A DNA stretch of 64,000 nucleotides, taken from assembly GCA_016840085.1 (NCBI GenBank), contig JAEOTA010000054.1, positions 104,327-168,326 of the forward strand, written 5' to 3'. Made by a program: the position numbers and the translations under genes. Positions 49,282 through 57,075 of this stretch are shown here, one piece after another. The DNA is from Promethearchaeota archaeon. GTDB taxonomy: Archaea; Asgardarchaeota; Lokiarchaeia; Sigyniarchaeales; SOKP01. Under the pieces are notes generated by a model. The model made no database searches and was not told where the DNA came from. It worked only from the letters and a program-made list of their open reading frames with translations. Position 1 is the first letter of the stretch. Each line of letters starts with the position of its first letter.

Positions 49282-49333
49282 AATTAATATTAATCTTTTT
49301 TATTTAAGACCTTAAAAAAAAGTAGAATAAGAA

Positions 49334-50563
49334 TTAATTATCTTTTTCAATCTCAACTTTAATTAAGTTGTAATTTCTTGTTCCTAAGCCTATTTCTTCA
49401 GCTGCTTTTAATTGTGTTTCCCAGTGTTTTGATTCTTTTCCATCTTGATTAAAATTCATCTCTCTGGACTGAGGATCATAACGAGGGATGTGTGAAAACC
49501 ATTCAAAAGGTCCTTGCATTGGTATATTTTTTACTTCCGAAAGAATTGAATGAGGGTTAATTGAAGATTTATGTATAAGATCTACGGTAGCTTGATCCAA
49601 GGCAACGGGATCTAAGGACGCTAAAACCCCAATATCTGGAACAAACGGGATGTCAGAACCTCCTGTACAATCACATTGATAGGTTATATCTATAGCAAAA
49701 TTAATGTAAAAAATCTTATCTTTTCCGAAATAATCTACTACTCCCTTGGCGTTGTCAACCATCTGAGTAATAAATTCAACACGCGGAACGTGACCTATAT
49801 TAATTACTTCATCTTTACATACAGAAGCACACATATAACAAAATTTACACAATTCTTCGTTAAAACTTAATTTATTGTCATCATCTTTGGTCAAAGCATG
49901 TGTAGGACATATATTAATACAATTCTTGCATTCAAGATTACAAGAATCAAAATTAAACTCGAAAGTTTTCCCTGTATGTGCTTCAACCTTACCTCCCTTA
50001 GAAACACATCCGATTCCAAGATTTTTTATTGAACCTCCGAAACCGGCACTTGCATGTCCTTTAAAATGAGTTGCCATAATCATATAATCAAATTTTCTTA
50101 AGCGTCCTGCTACTAACACTTCATTAAAACGTTTCCCATTAATCTTCTGAATTTCAATATCAGTTCCATCCTCCCCATCTAACATTAAAATTGGTGCTCC
50201 CATAGTTTCTTCTGTAAAACCATGAATTAAGGCAGTTTTTAAATATTCAGTTTCAGTTGCTCTACCCGAATATTCTGTATGAACCCCAGAGACACTTTCT
50301 GGTACACCCCATCCACATGATTCTGCTAAAGATGGAACAGCGCCTAAATCTTTAGTATAATCGCATAAAAATCGTAAATAACTTGGACGGAGATATCGAG
50401 TATTCTCTAATGCTCCAAAATGTGTCTTAATTACTATTTTATCGCCACTTTTAATCCTTTGCTCAATTCCAAGCTTCTTCAATGCTAATGGACCTTTAAA
50501 TTTACTCATACTTTGCTCATGAGAGTGAGTTCGAGCTGTAAAATAAAATACATCTGATTTCAT
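49334..50563 (-). CDS. DUF362 family Fe-S protein with ferredoxin insert
   Basis: IKTHFG, HFKGH...FGGSIKNLGIGC, two Cys clusters, CDC...DIGVLASLDPVALDQA. Confidence 0.88.
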   Translation of the reverse strand: MKSDVFYFTARTHSHEQSMSKFKGPLALKKLGIEQRIKSGDKIVIKTHFGALENTRYLRPSYLRFLCDYTKDLGAVPSLAESCGWGVPESVSGVHTEYSGRATETEYLKTALIHGFTEETMGAPILMLDGEDGTDIEIQKINGKRFNEVLVAGRLRKFDYMIMATHFKGHASAGFGGSIKNLGIGCVSKGGKVEAHTGKTFEFNFDSCNLECKNCINICPTHALTKDDDNKLSFNEELCKFCYMCASVCKDEVINIGHVPRVEFITQMVDNAKGVVDYFGKDKIFYINFAIDITYQCDCTGGSDIPFVPDIGVLASLDPVALDQATVDLIHKSSINPHSILSEVKNIPMQGPFEWFSHIPRYDPQSREMNFNQDGKESKHWETQLKAAEEIGLGTRNYNLIKVEIEKDN

Positions 50564-50719
50564 TTCTTTTCACTAATTAAAACTTCTCTATAATTCATGT
50601 AAATAATTAGGGTTTATAATTTAAGGCAAAAAATATTTTAACACTAATTAATTCTATTAATATAATAAATAAATACAATAATAACTCAGAAAAAAAAAGA
50701 AAAATAGGACGGTATTTTA

Positions 50720-50978
50720 ATGGCCCGCTGTCCAGAAAGTTTTTTTGTATACACAAATTAACATGGATTGCGGAGGGTTTATGAAATACCATTCAGCTAT
50801 AAAACAAGTCGTCTGCCAATCATGTGGACTTTCTTTAACGAGGCATGAATTAGATCGTTATTGGAAAAAGGTGAGGAATGAAAATATTTCGGAGGTAGAT
50901 GATACGCAGCAAAAGAAAAATCGACGTAAAGAATGGCTTGAATGGTATTCTTCTTCCAAATCTGATAAAGAATATTAA
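50720..50978 (+). CDS. Small Zn-ribbon protein split by a 31-nt intron (exons 50720-50737 and 50769-50978; 75 aa MARCPECGGFMKY...CQSCG...)
   Basis: Spliced product restores the CPECGG knuckle that pairs with CQSCG; unspliced frame stops at TAA 50759-50761. Confidence 0.8.
50738..50768 (+). other. Putative BHB-type mRNA intron (31 nt: AGTTTTTTTGTATACACAAATTAACATGGAT)
   Basis: h CTGT/GCGG; H CCAG/ATGG (3 WC + G.A); bulges AA^A and AT^T; intron stems GTT/AAC and TTTGT/ACAAA. Confidence 0.75.
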
Positions 50979-51052
50979 AAGTAGAAATTATAAAGAAATT
51001 CTACATAAAAAGAGAATTCTATTTAGAATAAGAAAAATTGAGTTATAATCTA

Positions 51053-52264
51053 TTAATTACCAAGCATTCTTTCAATAATATCTTCTAATAATTCTGCTAA
51101 TTTTTTTGCGGGAATATCTAATAAAGTAATTTCTAGATGCCTTCCTCGAGTAGCATCTTCAATTCTCACCGTTTTTGAAGCAATAATTTTAAGTTGGTTA
51201 AGTTGGCGTATATATTTTCTGAAACTCATTTTTACATGCGGTTCTACTAAATAACTCTCACATATTACCTTATATTCTTCGTACGCATCATCAACAAGAG
51301 TAAAAGGTGTATCGGAGTTTATCAATGATCTCGTAATTCCATACAAAGCTAACAGCTCTTGATCTTTTAATTCGTCAATTATATCATTTCTAAATGTAGG
51401 ATATACATCATCTGAAGCTTCTCTAATTATATCAGCTGTAATTAAGTTCAATTCTTCTTTATCGCAATATGACCCACTTTTTCTTAATATTTCAATTCCA
51501 TGTCTCATGTTTTTATGGTCCACAACTATCTGAGAAACCATAGTTAATAGTTCTTCATCAATAACATATTCTTTAAGTGCTAATTCGCTGCGGTATTTTA
51601 AAATTTGCATTGCTTCATCAAATTCATAGGGTTCAAGTTTAATTCTCTCGTTCAATCTGCTTAAAATTCTTTCATTTTCAATCCGCATCCAATCTTTACT
51701 TCTACAAATTAATAGCAATGATAATTTTGCGTTTTGATGTCCAAAAGTTTCTGCAATGTCAAGAAATGCTAAAACATCATCAGGATTTAAAAGATGAATC
51801 TCATCTATTATCAATAACATATAACCTTGTTCCCGAATTAGTTGGGAGAGAATTAACTTTAAGGCTTCGTCGTCGCTAAAGCCTCTACCGCTTCCATGCT
51901 GATATTTAGCGAGAAGCTCTCTGATTATCTTACTTTTAGAACGAAAATTGATACAATTATAATATTCAATGAAGAGATTTACATCTTTTTCAGTTGCAAT
52001 TGTTCTAAAATTTTTGCCGAAATATCTCGCAGTGCAAGTTTTTCCAACACCGCCTTTTCCCAAGATAAGACAATTTATAGAAGGCTGCTCTTCTTCTTCC
52101 AAAATTCTCCTATAATTAAAAATTAATGTTTTTAGAGCGTCATCTCGACAATATAACTTGTCCGGCACCCAACTTAAATCAAGAGTTCCAGACATTCGAA
52201 AAACTGATTTTTTCCCAAATTCCTTTCTAAAAGCATCCTCGTCCATAATAAATCGAGTAAGCAA
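51053..52264 (-). CDS. cdc6: Orc1/Cdc6 family AAA+ ATPase
   Basis: WVPDKLYCRD, GKGGVGKT, YYNC, LIIDEIH, RILSRL, C-terminal winged helix with RGR. Confidence 0.92.
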   Translation of the reverse strand: MLTRFIMDEDAFRKEFGKKSVFRMSGTLDLSWVPDKLYCRDDALKTLIFNYRRILEEEEQPSINCLILGKGGVGKTCTARYFGKNFRTIATEKDVNLFIEYYNCINFRSKSKIIRELLAKYQHGSGRGFSDDEALKLILSQLIREQGYMLLIIDEIHLLNPDDVLAFLDIAETFGHQNAKLSLLLICRSKDWMRIENERILSRLNERIKLEPYEFDEAMQILKYRSELALKEYVIDEELLTMVSQIVVDHKNMRHGIEILRKSGSYCDKEELNLITADIIREASDDVYPTFRNDIIDELKDQELLALYGITRSLINSDTPFTLVDDAYEEYKVICESYLVEPHVKMSFRKYIRQLNQLKIIASKTVRIEDATRGRHLEITLLDIPAKKLAELLEDIIERMLGN

Positions 52265-52388
52265 AATATATTTATTAATAAATAAGTAATAATGGCACAG
52301 ATTAGGTAAAAAGTTTATTATACTTATGAATTTATGTTTTTTAACTAATAAAATGATTATGTAATAAATAAAATATATACATTTACAT

Positions 52389-53306
52389 TTAATCCATTTT
52401 ATTTAAGGGATGCATCTGGGAGTATGCTTCTTTCAGCTTAGTTATATCATTTTTGGCGTAAATCCGTGTAGTATTTGGATTTGAATGGCCTAAAATATCT
52501 TGTAATTCGCTAATATCCATTCCTGAACGTCTAAGATGAGTTGCCCCCGTATGTCGGAATATGTGTGGGGTGACGATCTTAGAATCTGGAAACCCACATT
52601 TATCTTTTATGGATTTTATATCAGATTGAACAACGCGAGGATATAATTTCTGACTTCGAGTATTTACCAATAAATAATCTTCAGAATCGTAATAAATTCT
52701 GTCATTGAGAACATCCTTAATAAGTTCTAAAGTCCTGTGATCTACAGGCACTATCCTCTCTTTATTTCCTTTTCCGCGAAGTCTGATATATTCTTTCTCA
52801 AAATCAATATCTCGAATTTTAATGTTACATAACTCACTTACTCTTGCCATCGTCGAGTATAATAACCTTACAATTAAATAATAACGTTGGCTTTTACGAG
52901 AATTGAATAGCATTCTATCTTTTAATTTTTTAAAGATTAATTCTATATCAGACAAATCTAAAAATTTGGGTAAGCTTTCTTCAAGTTTAATCTTCGGTGT
53001 TTTAATCGTACTCATAGGATCTTTCGAAATGAATTCGTTAAGAACAAGAAATTTGAAAAATGAACGTAATGAAGCAATTTTTCGACTTATACCTTTTTTC
53101 GTGTAATTCATTTCATTTAACTTTTTCAAAAAAAATCGAATCTTTTGACGAATAAGCGGAGAATTTAATGAGAGATCTCCTATAATATTAATAAATTTCT
53201 GAAGATCATAACGATATGCTTTGATGGTTGAAGAAGAACAGCCCTCCTCGACTTCTTTGGCTATTAAGAAGTCTTCTATAAAATCAGAAATTTTAGAGGT
53301 TTCCAT
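52389..53306 (-). CDS. xerA: Tyrosine recombinase XerA/XerC-D family (likely start ATG 53306)
   Basis: TIKAYRYDL, LPKFL, ARVSEL, GKGNKER, HIFRH, LGH, TTRIY: R-K-H-R-H-Y catalytic set. Confidence 0.9.
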   Translation of the reverse strand: METSKISDFIEDFLIAKEVEEGCSSSTIKAYRYDLQKFINIIGDLSLNSPLIRQKIRFFLKKLNEMNYTKKGISRKIASLRSFFKFLVLNEFISKDPMSTIKTPKIKLEESLPKFLDLSDIELIFKKLKDRMLFNSRKSQRYYLIVRLLYSTMARVSELCNIKIRDIDFEKEYIRLRGKGNKERIVPVDHRTLELIKDVLNDRIYYDSEDYLLVNTRSQKLYPRVVQSDIKSIKDKCGFPDSKIVTPHIFRHTGATHLRRSGMDISELQDILGHSNPNTTRIYAKNDITKLKEAYSQMHPLNKMD

Positions 53307-53314
53307 AATAAGAG

Positions 53315-53336
53315 ATGTATTATCATGATAATACAT
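53315..53336. promoter_or_regulatory. Perfect 22-bp palindrome ATGTATTATCA|TGATAATACAT upstream of xerA
   Basis: Directly visible; ends 8 nt before the probable xerA start codon. Confidence 0.6.
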
Positions 53337-53417
53337 AATACACTGTAATATTCACATAATATCAGTTTCATTCCTTTTTCAAAGGGTGGATATATTTCAG
53401 AGAGGTGTTTATTTTGT

Positions 53418-54362
53418 TTATTTTGTCTGTCCTTCTCCATACCATCCTTTTTTAATAAATAAGTATGCATTCATCGCTGCTGTCGTTGCTTCCCCAACTG
53501 CCGTTGCTACCTGTCGTATTCCACCTGTTACATCTCCTGCTGCATAAATACCGGGAATATTAGTTTCTTGTTTCTCATTGACCTTAATATAATTATATTC
53601 ATCAGTATCAATACCTGCTTTTTTCGCTAATTCGCTCTGTGGCTCAACTCCTATTGCAACGAAGAGAGCTTTTATATTTATTTCAGTTATTTCGTCAGTT
53701 TCATGATTTTTAATTTTTAGCTTCCCTACTCTGTCTTCTTCTGCGATAATTTCTTCAATAGTGCTATTAAACATTTTTGTGACATTATTTAATGCCATAA
53801 CCTCATCTGCAATTGCTTTTTCTGCACGCATACGGTGACGTCTATGAATAAGATACACTTCTCTTGCAACACCTGAAAGATAAATTGCTTCTAGACCCGC
53901 TGCATTCCCACCACCAACCGTAGCAACTACCTGATTTCTAAATAAAGGACCGTCACAAGTAGCACAGTAAGAAATTCCATTACCTATTAATTCTATCTCA
54001 TTAGGTAATCCAAGTGTTTGATGTTTCGAACCAGTAGCAATTATGATGGCTTTTACTTTTATGTTACCTTTATATGTAGTTATGGTCATTTCTTTTGGAT
54101 TGATTGCTGAGATTTTTTCATAAAAAAAAGTAGCTCCCCAATTTTCCGCTTGATCCTTCATTTTTTCAGTTAATTCAAGACCGTTGATACTCTCGAATCC
54201 GGGATAATTTTCGATTTTGGGAGCTGTCCCGGCTAGCCCTCCAAAACTTTCACACTCATAGAGAATAGTCCTTAAACCCATTCTTCCACCATAAATTGCA
54301 GCTGTTAATCCTGCAGGTCCACCCCCAATGATTGCTAGATCTATATCATTTTTATCAGACAA
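53418..54362 (-). CDS. trxB: Thioredoxin reductase
   Basis: IIGGGPAG, IENYPG, SYCATCDG, GGGNAA, IHRR, AAGD. Confidence 0.95.
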   Translation of the reverse strand: MSDKNDIDLAIIGGGPAGLTAAIYGGRMGLRTILYECESFGGLAGTAPKIENYPGFESINGLELTEKMKDQAENWGATFFYEKISAINPKEMTITTYKGNIKVKAIIIATGSKHQTLGLPNEIELIGNGISYCATCDGPLFRNQVVATVGGGNAAGLEAIYLSGVAREVYLIHRRHRMRAEKAIADEVMALNNVTKMFNSTIEEIIAEEDRVGKLKIKNHETDEITEINIKALFVAIGVEPQSELAKKAGIDTDEYNYIKVNEKQETNIPGIYAAGDVTGGIRQVATAVGEATTAAMNAYLFIKKGWYGEGQTK

Positions 54363-54468
54363 TTTTAGTAACCCATACTTTGTAGCTTAATCCAACTTTA
54401 AACATAATAATCTTAATAATAGTATAAATTTTTTTCAAATTTATTTTGGATAAATAAATTCAATTTTT

Positions 54469-55413
54469 TTATTCTTTTTTTAATTGACGGAGATATTTGC
54501 AAGAGTTTATTCCCGCTCGTGCACCCTCTGCTGCAGCAAAAACTACTTGAAAAATTCCCCCCGTACAATCTCCAGCAGCATAAACTCCTTTAAGATTTGT
54601 TTTTTGTTCTTCATCAACTTTAATATTTCCCATATTATCTAATTCTACTCCCGCTTTTTTGAAAATTGAATTAGACGATATATGAGATAAAATAAATAAA
54701 CAACTTAATTCAAATTCCTTTATTTCTTCAATATTTTCTGATTCAGGCTTAGTAGACTTACATATAATTTTTTGAATGCTGCCTTCCGAATCTGGAACTA
54801 CTTCAATTACTTCCATATTTTCAAAAACTTCAATTCCAACTTCTTTAACGTCATATATCTTTTCAGGCAATTTTTCAATCCCAACTTTTGTGATTATTCG
54901 TACGATGCAACCCATTTGTTGTAATGCTAAAGCATCTTCTAACATTTCTTCGTCTGCACCATATAAATAAACAATTTTATCTTTATAGATCGGTCCATCA
55001 TATAATGCACCATAAGACACTCCATAACCAAGTAAAGAACTCTCACCCTTTATGATATCTTTTCTTTGACCTCCCCCTGTAGCTATAACCACCACGTCAG
55101 AAGTTATGTTAGCAGTTCGTGTAGATATCATATTAACTCCCATCCCTAGCATTAGTGAAATTACATCACCCTTGATTATACTTACATTCTCAGAATAACT
55201 CTCAGCATGATCTTTAAATTTTGCTAACAGATGTTTTCCCTTAATATCTATTTCTCCTGGCCAATTCTGTATTTCTTTTGCTTTTGCTAAAGCAGATAGC
55301 TCTTTGCCATCAAGAATGATAACATCTCTATTTGCTCGGGCACAATACACCCCAGCAGTTAATCCCGCTGGACCAGCACCAATGATTAAGACTTCACACT
55401 TTAATTCGTTCAT
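54469..55413 (-). CDS. TrxB-like flavoprotein lacking the redox CxxC
   Basis: IIGAGPAG, ATG and AAGD retained; SYGALYDG replaces SYCATCDG. Confidence 0.85.
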   Translation of the reverse strand: MNELKCEVLIIGAGPAGLTAGVYCARANRDVIILDGKELSALAKAKEIQNWPGEIDIKGKHLLAKFKDHAESYSENVSIIKGDVISLMLGMGVNMISTRTANITSDVVVIATGGGQRKDIIKGESSLLGYGVSYGALYDGPIYKDKIVYLYGADEEMLEDALALQQMGCIVRIITKVGIEKLPEKIYDVKEVGIEVFENMEVIEVVPDSEGSIQKIICKSTKPESENIEEIKEFELSCLFILSHISSNSIFKKAGVELDNMGNIKVDEEQKTNLKGVYAAGDCTGGIFQVVFAAAEGARAGINSCKYLRQLKKE

Positions 55414-55705
55414 AAAACTAACCTCTTTGAAGTATTGATTATTTTAAATGAAACCTTTAAAAGTTACTAACTCTCCAGTTACTAATTATAACAATTATTA
55501 TAATATAATTCTTAAATAAAATAGTAATACAATTAAAAAATCTCTTTCTACACAATCTTATAAAAATTTATTAAGTTCCTACATTCTTAGAAAAACATTT
55601 GAAAAAAAAATATTATCTTATGCTTTGAATAAAAAAGATTAAAAGAATTAAGAAATTCTAAGTTAATCTAAATAGAATTTCAATGAAATTTGAGAGTACT
55701 TAAAA

Positions 55706-56629
55706 TTAACTGATAAAATAAAATATCAGAGAAAATAATCCTAAAAAAATCATAGTTGCTCCCATTCCTCGCCCCATTGCTTTTGCTGAAAGTTTTTGTA
55801 CGAAGTTGGAAGTAATAATCCCCGTAAAAAAGGAACCTATACCAAGATAAAATACGAATTCCCAGTTAAAAAAAAATTGACCTTTAACTACGTATCCTAG
55901 TATTTGGTAAGTACTAAACGTAAAAATACACATAATAATACTTAAAATTAAAGCAGTTCCTACACTTTTCTTTAAAGGATAACCATATAATATAATTAAA
56001 ACTAATGTTATGATGAAACCTGAATTCGCACCAAACATCCCTGAATTAAGCCCTATTATAATTCCTAAAACCAGTGTTAATAGAAAGAATAATTTTGAAT
56101 AGGGCCTAATTACACTTTCTAATTGCTCCTCTTCAGTATTTAATCTATTATCTGGTGTTTTCTCAAAATTTTTTAAATTTACATTTTCTTTTTTATTATT
56201 CAAAAATCTCCTGGAAATTTTATGAACCATCTCTTTCAAGGTTTCAGACGTAGGAAATCCTTTAGAAAGAACAGTGGAACCTAAGAGAATAATAAAAACT
56301 GGTAAAAACCACCCGAAAATTATACTCAAAGGAGTTGACATTAAAAGTAGGACACCGAAAAAAGAAGCAACTAAAGAAACTACGATTAAAATAACAATAT
56401 TCTTATTTAAATAATATTGCTTTTTTCTTACATAATTAATTGCTACAGAAGTAGCGGCAATAAAGTCATTTATAACATTCACAGCTATTGCCAATAAAAC
56501 ATCTCCTGTAATTAAAAGTATAAGAGGAACTACGACTCCTTGACCAGTCTGCCCTACAAAACTCATACTAATTCCTACAAGAGCACCTATGAAAATCAAA
56601 AAAATTATATGATAAATTTCTAAAGCCAA
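55706..56629 (-). CDS. TauE/SafE sulfite exporter family membrane protein
   Basis: Two repeats GISMSFVGQTG-GVVVP and GLNSGMFGANSGFII; multiple TM. Confidence 0.8.
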   Translation of the reverse strand: MALEIYHIIFLIFIGALVGISMSFVGQTGQGVVVPLILLITGDVLLAIAVNVINDFIAATSVAINYVRKKQYYLNKNIVILIVVSLVASFFGVLLLMSTPLSIIFGWFLPVFIILLGSTVLSKGFPTSETLKEMVHKISRRFLNNKKENVNLKNFEKTPDNRLNTEEEQLESVIRPYSKLFFLLTLVLGIIIGLNSGMFGANSGFIITLVLIILYGYPLKKSVGTALILSIIMCIFTFSTYQILGYVVKGQFFFNWEFVFYLGIGSFFTGIITSNFVQKLSAKAMGRGMGATMIFLGLFSLIFYFIS

Positions 56630-56659
56630 AAATAATCAAACCTTTTTTTTTTAAGTTAC

Positions 56660-56848
56660 TTATTTGTTAACCACAATTGAAATAAATATACCATTAAAGT
56701 AGGTCTTGGCTGCTTTTACAATTTCTTTATTGTTTTGAAAAGACATCGCAGCTTTTTTGTAAAGCAACGCTGCCAAAATCCAATTGCAATTTCTCTCTTC
56801 AAGTTTTGCCTTTTCCAATAAAATCTCTTCACTTTCTTCTGAAAGCAT
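56660..56848 (-). pseudogene. Short TPR-like fragment, probable gene remnant
   Basis: 62 aa; KAKLEERNCNWILAALLYKKA is helical-repeat-like and ends abruptly. Confidence 0.4.
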
Positions 56849-57075
56849 TTAGTATCAATTTTTTCTTATATTTTGTTATATTTCGACCTTAACGCCTAAA
56901 ATTACTACCTTCGAATGATTAATAAACATCTTGTTCAATTTAAAATGTTTTACTTTTTCTTAGAAGAATGATCTATCTCCAATTCAAAATGTTTTAATGA
57001 TTTAGGAAATTTTGAGTGATATTATTATAAAGTTTATAAAAAATCTAAAAAAAAATAGAACTTAAGTGAAAAATT

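Noticed and set aside
50275-50320. CCAGA/TCTGG hairpin inside the DUF362 gene as an in-frame intron
   Set aside because: No 4-bp helix with flanking 3-nt bulges, and the frame is uninterrupted
50745-50978. ORF-track start (TTG, MYTQINMDCGG)
   Set aside because: It starts inside the putative intron and leaves an incomplete Zn ribbon
52265-52388. Replication origin beside cdc6
   Set aside because: Short AT-rich gap without recognisable repeated ORB/G-string elements
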